From IMG/VR virus record IMGVR_UViG_3300047558_000137, positions 186,001-250,000 of that record: a stretch of 64,000 bases of DNA, one strand, 5' to 3'. Shown piece by piece: positions 47,064-54,648 of the stretch; within the stretch, counting starts at the first letter, position 1; every line of letters starts with the position of its first letter. The notes below the pieces were generated by a model, which ran no database searches, had not been told where the DNA came from, and saw only the letters and a program-made list of their open reading frames with translations. Both the position numbers and the translations under genes were made by a program.

Positions 47064-47329
47064 TAATGTATGTAGTCTACTTCCAACTCCCAGTAGGTAT
47101 TTCCGCGGGCTTCTGCGGCTGTAATTGCCGCTTCAAAAGGATCGGCTTCTGCTTCAGCAATGGCCACAAGAATAGCATTACCTATTTCACCAGTTTCGGC
47201 CATCTTAACTAATTCCTCTGCAACCTGCCGAAATCCGTCAATGACGATGTTGTATTCTTCTTCAGTTAGATCTTCTATTGCTGTTCTACCGTAGTAAACA
47301 TCAAGTATAAGGTCCTTGGCTGCACTCAC
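47063..47329 (-). CDS. Hypothetical protein
   Basis: Coupled ORF. Confidence 0.65.
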   Translation of the reverse strand: MSAAKDLILDVYYGRTAIEDLTEEEYNIVIDGFRQVAEELVKMAETGEIGNAILVAIAEAEADPFEAAITAAEARGNTYWELEVDYIH

Positions 47330-47511
47330 AGTTGGGCCTTGATACGTGCAATAACTTCTTTTGCTTCAGGATATCCCATGGCGTCCATTTCAGCATTGGC
47401 TAGTTCTTCAGCCAGTTCCTGCAGACAGGCAAAGATAACATCATCTTCTTTTTGGTTAGGTTGAATAGTATACCTAATAGTATACAGATGCTTTGGTTCT
47501 TTATCATTCAT
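47326..47511 (-). CDS. Hypothetical protein
   Basis: Coupled ORF. Confidence 0.6.
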   Translation of the reverse strand: MNDKEPKHLYTIRYTIQPNQKEDDVIFACLQELAEELANAEMDAMGYPEAKEVIARIKAQL

Positions 47512-47906
47512 TTGATTACCCTTTCTGGTTCATTGTTACGATAACTAAACAGTTTAACGCCACGCTTACGAACTAGTTCAGCCATGTCATTGGGGTTAAG
47601 ATCAAACCCCGTTGTAATCGCATCCTTAGTCATATCAGGATCGGTATGCAACATATACAATTCGTAGTTACGTTGCGGGTTAAGTCTTGCACGAAGACTT
47701 GACACTTTAATTATATTCCCAATATCCCGCAAGGCCCGATTAGGCGGTTCCACTTCGGGAAACTTAAGGCGATCAAAAAGATTGTGCTTGTCCGTTTCCT
47801 CTACATCCACTATCTTTTGTGTAAGATCGTGACAGGCTTCTAACCCGTGACAATCCCAGAACAGGATGTAGGTATTATGCGGGGATTCGGTTTTCGTATC
47901 GCTCAT
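47508..47906 (-). CDS. Hypothetical protein
   Basis: WDCHGLE..RARLNPQRNYELY. Confidence 0.65.
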   Translation of the reverse strand: MSDTKTESPHNTYILFWDCHGLEACHDLTQKIVDVEETDKHNLFDRLKFPEVEPPNRALRDIGNIIKVSSLRARLNPQRNYELYMLHTDPDMTKDAITTGFDLNPNDMAELVRKRGVKLFSYRNNEPERVIK

Positions 47907-48228
47907 AACTTTGAATGAATTTTTTACCAACGTCTAGGCTAACATAGTTGTTGCCTTGCATGCCTTGTTCGCTGTAGTCAATATCGTCGCTAGCCAACCC
48001 AAGTTGTTTTAGGTGAGCTTTTAGCTCTTTTTCAAATTGCCGATCCGTATAGATCAGGCCATCTTTATCTACGTTCCACGTTGATTTATCAAAGTAAACA
48101 CGTAGTTCACCAAAATCTTCTTCTTCGTTAAGATATGCAATACGCATACCATTAACACGAACTTCCTTGGCTATGTCGGACCAATAGCCGCAACCATTGG
48201 TGTTAAGGGTAACGTCAAGTTTTTGCAT
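47875..48228 (-). CDS. Conserved phage hypothetical protein
   Basis: GYWS..GELRVYF..GLIYTD..YSEQGMQG..YVSLDV. Confidence 0.75.
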   Translation of the reverse strand: MQKLDVTLNTNGCGYWSDIAKEVRVNGMRIAYLNEEEDFGELRVYFDKSTWNVDKDGLIYTDRQFEKELKAHLKQLGLASDDIDYSEQGMQGNNYVSLDVGKKFIQSYERYENRIPA

Positions 48229-48237
48229 TTTGACTCC

Positions 48238-48678
48238 TTAGGCTACGTTGAGGATACTGCTAACTTTGATGTTAAACACTTCGTTGCCGTCATCTGCTTT
48301 GAACTCGCTAGCAAGAGCGGCACGTTCGGCTTCTTCTTTGGTAATTTCTACACCATCACGTGTGTAGATAGTTTTAGGAATGAAGTTGTTACGGATGCGA
48401 GTGCAACGGAAGTAGAACTCACCTTTGTGTTCGATCACATAAGGAAACACATTCCAAGTGCCCCAAGGCAGGCCTGCATTTTCTGCTGGCAGTTCACCTG
48501 ATGCACGTTTTTCTTGCACGGCTTTGATGTTATCGTAGTCTACTCCAACACGAGCTTGGAATGTACTAGTCTTAGTAATTGCTGTTTCGTTCTTACGAAC
48601 TTTGAGTGGACGAGCTGTAGTGAAAGTTGCGATTTGACCTTTACGCTCGAGCAATTTGTTTACAAATGCGTTTGACAT
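48238..48678 (-). CDS. Hypothetical early protein (start MSNAF)
   Basis: CAGGAG RBS after the early promoter. Confidence 0.7.
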   Translation of the reverse strand: MSNAFVNKLLERKGQIATFTTARPLKVRKNETAITKTSTFQARVGVDYDNIKAVQEKRASGELPAENAGLPWGTWNVFPYVIEHKGEFYFRCTRIRNNFIPKTIYTRDGVEITKEEAERAALASEFKADDGNEVFNIKVSSILNVA

Positions 48679-48711
48679 TTTTGACTCCTGTTTACTGTTG
48701 AACATGTATTG

Positions 48712-48794
48712 ATTATACAACCATTTTGCCCAAAAGACGCCTTTTTGCAAAATATTTCTGTTGTATTTTTGCAACAACTAGTACTAGAGTATTA
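48712..48794 (-). promoter_or_regulatory. Early promoter unit with both palindromes
   Basis: GGCAAAATGGTTGTATAAT; TGTTGTATTTTTGCAACA at 48759-48776; TAGTACT-AG-AGTATTA at 48779-48794. Confidence 0.7.
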
Positions 48795-49445
48795 CTTTTT
48801 AGGGTATACAAATCCTGCTTGTTTGGGCATACACTTTTCAACCACCCAATGTGCAACAATTTGTGCTATTCTGTCTAGATTTGAAGTGTGGCCCCATTCT
48901 TGCCATTCATGCGGAAATGCTTTTGGCACGATCATGTCTACTATTTTTGCATCCCAACGGAATTGTCGTTTACCTTTTGGTTCTTTCCAAGTTAGCCATA
49001 TTCTAACATGGCCCCATGAAGGATTAAACAACCGTCCTGTAACAGGAATTCCGTTTTTATCAACAAAGGTAAAATGTTTATGTTTGGGATATTGCTTGGA
49101 CTTGATCCATGTAAATGCATGATCCTCTATCAAGGCCTTGATCTTAGGATTGTTACGTTCGCGTTCTTCACGTTCTGCTTTAATCCGTAGGTCTTCTTGT
49201 TCTTCACGATACTGTTGGAATTCATCAATGTCGGTTGTTGCAATGCCCATTTCTAATGTTAGCAAAAACGCTTTAACTTGATCATCAGGATCAGCTAAAC
49301 GCCGTTGACGCTGTTCTTCTAATTCAAGCAAAGTATAGATTGTATCACTTCCATTCCAATCATCATAGATGGAATCCATGTCATGTCCCATTAGCACCAT
49401 TGTGGTGTACCACTGTTCCATTAACTTAATTTTTTCTTCAGTCAT
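48792..49445 (-). CDS. Hypothetical protein
   Basis: 217 aa coupled ORF. Confidence 0.65.
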   Translation of the reverse strand: MTEEKIKLMEQWYTTMVLMGHDMDSIYDDWNGSDTIYTLLELEEQRQRRLADPDDQVKAFLLTLEMGIATTDIDEFQQYREEQEDLRIKAEREERERNNPKIKALIEDHAFTWIKSKQYPKHKHFTFVDKNGIPVTGRLFNPSWGHVRIWLTWKEPKGKRQFRWDAKIVDMIVPKAFPHEWQEWGHTSNLDRIAQIVAHWVVEKCMPKQAGFVYPKK

Positions 49446-49735
49446 TGTTTTACTTTCAATAATGCTAGAGTAATAGTCGATTCATCTTTAACATAAATGC
49501 GGCGGCGCTTTTCGGGTCGCTTTTGCTCAAGGATATAATGATCATTTTGTTTATTACGTGGCCACCCATTGTCGTCAAAGTAACGTTCGATATGGGGGCC
49601 GTGAATTTCTGCCAGAGCTCTACTTAACTGACTCCATAACTTAGAATCTTCTAGATTGCTCCATTGGAATTGAGCAATGTAGTGGTACCCCCGATTATGG
49701 TGGTTAAAGCGTCCGTCCGACTTAAAAACTTTCAT
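49442..49735 (-). CDS. Hypothetical protein
   Basis: Coupled ORF. Confidence 0.65.
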   Translation of the reverse strand: MKVFKSDGRFNHHNRGYHYIAQFQWSNLEDSKLWSQLSRALAEIHGPHIERYFDDNGWPRNKQNDHYILEQKRPEKRRRIYVKDESTITLALLKVKQ

Positions 49736-50019
49736 ACTGTATCTTTTCTACTCAATATATCCCACACCATGCCATGCCAAGGCTTAAATGCAACATCGAC
49801 TCGAGTTGGGTCGTGCATGGCCCAATCAAGTTCCCACCACTCCGAGTTTGTGTCTAGGTAGACGATGCGAACACGATTGCCGTAGACTGAACGATAATAA
49901 TTTACTACCGCTTCAGCATCATTTGTGATCGTCATGCCGCCATCAAAGGGTGACAGGTCACGCAAGAACACAATGTTGTTTTTTTCATCGCGTTCAATAA
50001 TACCACTTCTTGCTCTCAT
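49732..50019 (-). CDS. Conserved phage hypothetical protein
   Basis: TITNDAEAVV..RIVYLDTNSEWWEL. Confidence 0.7.
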   Translation of the reverse strand: MRARSGIIERDEKNNIVFLRDLSPFDGGMTITNDAEAVVNYYRSVYGNRVRIVYLDTNSEWWELDWAMHDPTRVDVAFKPWHGMVWDILSRKDTV

Positions 50020-50022
50020 GAT

Positions 50023-50310
50023 TTATCGCCATTCATTTGCACGGTCGATTTCTTCTTGCGTAAACTGACCACCTGAACGGTCAGGGTTCTGTGCCCAACT
50101 ATCTTGTGTGGCTTTTTCGCAACACACTTCCACATCCTGCAAGATACGCTTGAGTTCGTCAATGTTAACCGCAAGGAAAGAAACTGTAGCATACAATGCC
50201 GCATCCTCGGCCATAGTACCAAGACAAAGGACCTTTCGGTGTGCTTCCAACAATTTTTCCTTGCCGGCAATTGTGTTTTTCAGATTATCTCTTACTGTAT
50301 GGATGTTCAT
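50023..50310 (-). CDS. Hypothetical cargo protein
   Basis: Starts at a repeat; ends SW..NPDRSGGQFTQEEID. Confidence 0.7.
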   Translation of the reverse strand: MNIHTVRDNLKNTIAGKEKLLEAHRKVLCLGTMAEDAALYATVSFLAVNIDELKRILQDVEVCCEKATQDSWAQNPDRSGGQFTQEEIDRANEWR

Positions 50311-50480
50311 TCTTCAACTCCAATATAAACTGCACGGCGATTCTTGTCGCTGACTTCGCTAAACCACGCAACAAAATCATCGGCCCCTTGTTTAGTATCA
50401 AACTTTTCTTCGTGATGAACTTTGTATTCTTGAGAATCCCAACGCTTGTGAATTCTGACTTCAACGATATGTTGTTTCAT
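50307..50480 (-). CDS. Cargo small protein ending GVEE (57 aa)
   Basis: Manual translation MKQHIVEVRIHKRWDSQEYKVHHEEKFDTKQGADDFVAWFSEVSDKNRRAVYIGVEE. Confidence 0.75.
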   Translation of the reverse strand: MKQHIVEVRIHKRWDSQEYKVHHEEKFDTKQGADDFVAWFSEVSDKNRRAVYIGVEE

Positions 50481-50710
50481 TCTTCAACTCCGAAATGTGC
50501 TTTCAAATCATTAGCAATAGCAAATGCTATGATCCACTTTGTATCTTCGCCGCGTTCATATTTGTAATCACGCTCGATTTTGGCGGAACATTCCTTGACA
50601 ATCAACTCGGCGAATCTTTGGGTATATGCTTTGTGGAATTCATCGCCTCGGTGGTCAGCAACAACATCATCTTCGGCCTGTTCAGCAAGTTCTTTAATTC
50701 GTTCGTTCAT
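50477..50710 (-). CDS. MNERI-family small protein
   Basis: MNERIKELAEQA..RFAELIVKEC..HFGVEE. Confidence 0.85.
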   Translation of the reverse strand: MNERIKELAEQAEDDVVADHRGDEFHKAYTQRFAELIVKECSAKIERDYKYERGEDTKWIIAFAIANDLKAHFGVEE

Positions 50711-50895
50711 TCTTCAACTCCCAAGTGATTAACGATTGCCCGAGCATTATTGTAATCAACTACATCGCAACATTCCTTGATTATCAATTCAGCGAACTTT
50801 TCTGAATACGCAATCAGCCCTTGTTCGTGGGGCAAATCTTGGTTGCGGTATTGTGCCCTGGCTTGATTCATAAGTATTGCTATTCGTTCGTTCAT
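50707..50895 (-). CDS. MNERI-family small protein
   Basis: MNERI..EKFAELIIKEC..HLGVEE. Confidence 0.85.
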   Translation of the reverse strand: MNERIAILMNQARAQYRNQDLPHEQGLIAYSEKFAELIIKECCDVVDYNNARAIVNHLGVEE

Positions 50896-51089
50896 TTTTC
50901 ATCATCCTGCAGTTTGGTTGCCAGTGCTTGACGAATTTGGTCAAACATTGACGCATTATGATTTAAGGCACTGGCAAATTTGTCTTTGATTTCAGCATCA
51001 AATAACTCGGTAGGATTACCCGTCTTGTCTGCTGTAATACGCTGTTCGGCAAGTTTTGCCAGTTCGTTAAGTTTATCGTTTAATGTCAT
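50892..51089 (-). CDS. Hypothetical cargo protein
   Basis: Lies between block C and block A. Confidence 0.7.
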   Translation of the reverse strand: MTLNDKLNELAKLAEQRITADKTGNPTELFDAEIKDKFASALNHNASMFDQIRQALATKLQDDEK

Positions 51090-51313
51090 TCTTCAACTCC
51101 AAAATGTTGTTTAACTGCGTCAAGGGCAGAGGTCGGATTCATATGTCCACGCTGTGATTTTACAATCACCTTCCATGTTTCCATAGCAACCAACTCGGCG
51201 AACTTTACTCGCCACTCATCTTGCCATTGCGTAAGCAGTAGAATTCTTTCTGTGGGAAGTTCATCTGCCCATCGTTTAGCCTCTACCATCAGTTCTTTAA
51301 TTCGTTCGTTCAT
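51086..51313 (-). CDS. MNERI-family small protein
   Basis: MNERIKELM..KFAELV..HFGVEE. Confidence 0.85.
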   Translation of the reverse strand: MNERIKELMVEAKRWADELPTERILLLTQWQDEWRVKFAELVAMETWKVIVKSQRGHMNPTSALDAVKQHFGVEE

Positions 51314-51527
51314 AGTCCAACTCCACTTCTCGTTCAACATAGGTTTTTGTTGCCATCTTTAACACAACTGCGGCACTATGGCGCCACATATCTTCACGCA
51401 TACCCAGATAACTTAACCCAAGTGCCTTAAAAGCATTGTCAAGTCCATCGTAGTCAAGTGTTGGTGCCGCAAGATGAAACTCTTTGGCACGATGCTTAAA
51501 CTCTTCCCAGGAACACGCTAATGTCAT
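51297..51527 (-). CDS. Hypothetical cargo protein
   Basis: Ends inside block A in another frame (DYERTN*). Confidence 0.7.
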   Translation of the reverse strand: MTLACSWEEFKHRAKEFHLAAPTLDYDGLDNAFKALGLSYLGMREDMWRHSAAVVLKMATKTYVEREVELDYERTN

Positions 51528-51700
51528 TCTTCAACTCCAACGAGTTCTAAAGTCCATCCAACGGGAGGTTCTTCGTTTCGTTTTTCATATCTCTTATTCA
51601 TTGTGTCACACGCTTTTAGTCTCGCTTGTTCCTCATTGATAGCACGAACGGTGACGGTTGCCGTTTTCCAGTAAGCATATTTGAAGGTATATTTGTTCAT
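51524..51700 (-). CDS. Cargo small protein ending GVEE (58 aa)
   Basis: Manual translation MNKYTFKYAYWKTATVTVRAINEEQARLKACDTMNKRYEKRNEEPPVGWTLELVGVEE. Confidence 0.75.
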   Translation of the reverse strand: MNKYTFKYAYWKTATVTVRAINEEQARLKACDTMNKRYEKRNEEPPVGWTLELVGVEE

Positions 51701-51903
51701 TCTTCAACTCCGAAATGTTTTGCAATTCTTTCACCGGCATCGTCACTGTAGTTACGGTTGGTAAAGTTTGTACCCAATGTGGCACATTCCCGAACAATCA
51801 ACTCGGCGAACTTTTCTTTATTAAAAATCTTTTGCGGAGGTGCATAGTTGTATTCCGCAAGGTCGTAAGATTCTTCAATTAGTTCTTTAATTCGTTCGTT
51901 CAT
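51697..51903 (-). CDS. MNERI-family small protein
   Basis: MNERIKEL..EKFAELIVREC..HFGVEE. Confidence 0.85.
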   Translation of the reverse strand: MNERIKELIEESYDLAEYNYAPPQKIFNKEKFAELIVRECATLGTNFTNRNYSDDAGERIAKHFGVEE

Positions 51904-52109
51904 ACCAGTTCTCCTGTAGCATCGTTGACACAGCCTCGGTAGACTGCCTTGAAAAATGATTTTGTGGGTGGTCGTTTATTATCAAACCATTCAATGTAAG
52001 CAGATGCCTCTTCTTTGGTTGAGTATTTGGTTGCAAATGTAACATCGGTCAAGTTAATCTTACCGTTCTCTACGGGGTGGACTTGGACGATGTGAAAGTA
52101 TTTGTTCAT
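51900..52109 (-). CDS. Hypothetical cargo protein
   Basis: Resembles 50307-50480. Confidence 0.7.
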   Translation of the reverse strand: MNKYFHIVQVHPVENGKINLTDVTFATKYSTKEEASAYIEWFDNKRPPTKSFFKAVYRGCVNDATGELV

Positions 52110-52273
52110 TCTTCAACTCCTTGAACCATTAGGTCCATTTCTTTTGCCAAATCTTCCATTAGATGGCGACCTTGTAGTTTCGAACCAATAAAACGGTTGT
52201 CGTAGTAGTCACTGTTCTGGCGCTCACGCTCGTCTAAGTATTCTTCTAAAACTTCTGAAAATTTACGACTCAT
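52106..52273 (-). CDS. Cargo small protein ending GVEE (55 aa)
   Basis: Manual translation MSRKFSEVLEEYLDERERQNSDYYDNRFIGSKLQGRHLMEDLAKEMDLMVQGVEE. Confidence 0.75.
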   Translation of the reverse strand: MSRKFSEVLEEYLDERERQNSDYYDNRFIGSKLQGRHLMEDLAKEMDLMVQGVEE

Positions 52274-52515
52274 TCTTCAACTCCGAAATATGTTTTCGTA
52301 TTAAGACGAATCTTTTCAATCAGTTCAGCAGACTTCTTATCGTTGTTACCGATACAATCTAACTGTTGCAACAGTAGAATGTCATCAAACTTCTTCACAA
52401 TCAACTCGGCGAACTTTTCATCAAAATACGCTTGCCTCTGTACATCATTAAACCCAATTCTTTGATTTACGGTACACCGTGCCTGATTGGCAAGTTCCCT
52501 GATTCGTTTGTTCAT
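52270..52515 (-). CDS. MNERI-family small protein (start MNKRIRELA)
   Basis: MNKRIRELANQA..EKFAELIVK..YFGVEE. Confidence 0.85.
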   Translation of the reverse strand: MNKRIRELANQARCTVNQRIGFNDVQRQAYFDEKFAELIVKKFDDILLLQQLDCIGNNDKKSAELIEKIRLNTKTYFGVEE

Positions 52516-52617
52516 TTTAATCCTTAGTATAAAGCCAGCGGCGAAATCTTGTTGATAATGTGGTTGCAACATTTACTCCAATAATCACAACCACTAACAT
52601 AATTAAAATAGTTTCAA

Positions 52618-52803
52618 TCATTTTACTTCCTCAAGTACATAATAGTCAGCATCAAACACTTGCCTGAAACGACTTGCCAACATAATAGCGTGAGATTCGT
52701 TATCTGCTTTAATATCCATTGTAACACTAGCAGCCTCATTTGTATAAAGGCTATTGTCAAGGTTAGTAAAGAATAACTCTACTTTATACGCTGTCATTTG
52801 CAT
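52618..52803 (-). CDS. Hypothetical protein
   Basis: Start revised to MQMTAYK. Confidence 0.55.
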   Translation of the reverse strand: MQMTAYKVELFFTNLDNSLYTNEAASVTMDIKADNESHAIMLASRFRQVFDADYYVLEEVK

Positions 52804-53065
52804 CTTTAAGAGTGTGCCACACTTTAGGATCAGTACCAAGATACAATGCGTACATGCGATAGTTACGCCATTGTGCAATTTTGTTTACTGTTTGTTCGGC
52901 CCAACGGAAGAAGCTGTCCCTAAACCAAAATGGATTAAGTACAGCCAATACAATGGCCACAAAAACAAAAGGGATGATTGCGTAGGTAAACGCATAGCGA
53001 AAGACCATAGCGCGGTAGTAAAAGCCACCGTCTTTAGTCATAGTAATTTCTTTGGGCAAGGACAT
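52784..53065 (-). CDS. Small membrane protein
   Basis: One transmembrane helix; AGGAG RBS. Confidence 0.7.
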   Translation of the reverse strand: MSLPKEITMTKDGGFYYRAMVFRYAFTYAIIPFVFVAIVLAVLNPFWFRDSFFRWAEQTVNKIAQWRNYRMYALYLGTDPKVWHTLKDANDSV

Positions 53066-53133
53066 AAATTCTCCTACTTAACTTGCTGTCAAGTAGTGTA
53101 GCACGATTGCCGATTTACGCCTAATGTAATACT

Positions 53134-53358
53134 TTAGTGTACTGTTTCTTCGCCCGAAATATCCCCTACATCGTGGATATTAAAAATCTTCAATATTTTA
53201 GCGATGTTTTTTGGCGCTTTGAATGGGACGTCATCGGGCAGTATTACCTGCTTTAACTCCCCTTCTGGCCCTAGAACAAAAACATAGTCTTCGTCTTCAA
53301 TATCTGAACTGTACAATTCTTCATATTCTTGTACAATATCGGTTGCTGTTTTGCTCAT
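53134..53358 (-). CDS. Hypothetical protein
   Basis: Acidic 74 aa ORF. Confidence 0.6.
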   Translation of the reverse strand: MSKTATDIVQEYEELYSSDIEDEDYVFVLGPEGELKQVILPDDVPFKAPKNIAKILKIFNIHDVGDISGEETVH

Positions 53359-53944
53359 CGCTTGGCTCCAGTCTTCTTAAGTATTTAATGATTTGCTTTT
53401 CTAATTTTACTATCACTGATTGATCTGTGTCAAAAGTATTTTGGTACACTTGATACATGGCACAGGCCCGAAAGTCTCTGCCCGAAACTACGCTGTCGGC
53501 AGCAATACTAAACCCATAGGCATCTATTTCGCTTTCGTCGCCCAAATATATTTGATCTTCTGTGTCCCCATGATATCGTTTATATCTGCGCCCACTTTGA
53601 TGTTGCTCACGATGTATAAGTTCATGGGCAGCACATTCTGCTAGATCAAAACTTAGTTGTGCCCAATTGATATTTTTGGTGTTGATACTATCTTGTGCTG
53701 GATGGTAAGATAGTGTAATTTCCACACTGGGCAAGCCCATGGCATCATGATCAGAATCATAAGTTCCTGACACAATTATCATGTTGGGGTCTGCGCCCAA
53801 ATTCCTGTCTGTAATAAAGAGAAAATCCGTAGCAGAAAACTGTCTACGGATTATTCGTGTTACTTCACCGGCTGTAACTGCTCGGGCATTAGTTGTGTAG
53901 TATTCACCTACACATAACAGCCGGTTGTAAGTACTAAAGAACAT
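53321..53944 (-). CDS. Zincin-like protein
   Basis: AHELIHREQ..YLGDESEIDAYG. Confidence 0.65.
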   Translation of the reverse strand: MFFSTYNRLLCVGEYYTTNARAVTAGEVTRIIRRQFSATDFLFITDRNLGADPNMIIVSGTYDSDHDAMGLPSVEITLSYHPAQDSINTKNINWAQLSFDLAECAAHELIHREQHQSGRRYKRYHGDTEDQIYLGDESEIDAYGFSIAADSVVSGRDFRACAMYQVYQNTFDTDQSVIVKLEKQIIKYLRRLEPSDEQNSNRYCTRI

Positions 53945-53946
53945 TG

Positions 53947-54522
53947 TTAGGCATCAGCATAAAATATATGTCCGCCAATTCTTTCCACAAAACGCTTTTG
54001 ATGTGCCCAACTGGGTTTAATTCTACGTTCATGAAAATACATGGCGTCATAGTATTTAACCCTGAGATCCTCGTAACCACCTGACATTAGTTCAGATGCT
54101 ACTTGTAGGCTTTCTGCCCATCTCCAGTCGTTTTTAACCAATTTGTTAGATTCACATTTCCAACTAAATTGGCAGATAGTACGCTTGGACCACACAGTTA
54201 CTTTTTCTGTAACTTGACGTGTAGTTTTAAAAACTGTTCCTTCTGTAACAACTTGTGTTTTTGTTACTTGAGTAGGTACACTTCTTACTGTGCGTTGATT
54301 CACTACACCACATATAGTGTCAGGAAATCTACCACTGTTGCTTCTGTTAATAGTAACAAGGCCAACTGCAACTTTGCCTTCTATTGATTCACCGCCTGCC
54401 TCGTGATAAATGTTACGAGCCAAACAGTCGAGGTCTGATTGCTTGCCGACCTCTTTCGCATGACCGGGTGCCAATACGGTCAGGGCGATTATTGATATAA
54501 TGATTTGCATCATTTTTTTCAT
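53947..54522 (-). CDS. Cell wall hydrolase (SleB/Hydrolase_2)
   Basis: CLARNIYHEAGGE..G..AVG..NR..FPDTICGVV..CQFSW..IGGHIFY. Confidence 0.9.
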   Translation of the reverse strand: MKKMMQIIISIIALTVLAPGHAKEVGKQSDLDCLARNIYHEAGGESIEGKVAVGLVTINRSNSGRFPDTICGVVNQRTVRSVPTQVTKTQVVTEGTVFKTTRQVTEKVTVWSKRTICQFSWKCESNKLVKNDWRWAESLQVASELMSGGYEDLRVKYYDAMYFHERRIKPSWAHQKRFVERIGGHIFYADA

Positions 54523-54648
54523 ATTTCGTCCTCCTTCAGGTTACGCTTTTTTAAGAGCGTAAGAATATTTAATTGATGATATAACTAGTTATAATACTAG
54601 TTAAGTTTTGGAAAGTCTATGTAAATACGGAAAATGGCCATTAACGGC

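Larger units (their letters stand above)
50023..52515 (-). repeat. Cassette-like array 2 of small genes punctuated by conserved DNA blocks
   Basis: Exact TCATTCTTCAACTCC (+ strand) at 50307, 50477, 50707, 51086, 51524, 51697, 52106 and 52270. Confidence 0.9.

Noticed and set aside
50307-52284. CRISPR array interpretation of the 15-bp repeats
   Set aside because: Spacing is irregular (164-438 bp), the intervals are full ORFs, the repeat is non-palindromic and there is no cas operon.
16016-52515. Classical integron or diversity-generating retroelement
   Set aside because: There are no attC-like palindromes, tyrosine integrase, reverse transcriptase or adenine-specific TR/VR pair in the window.
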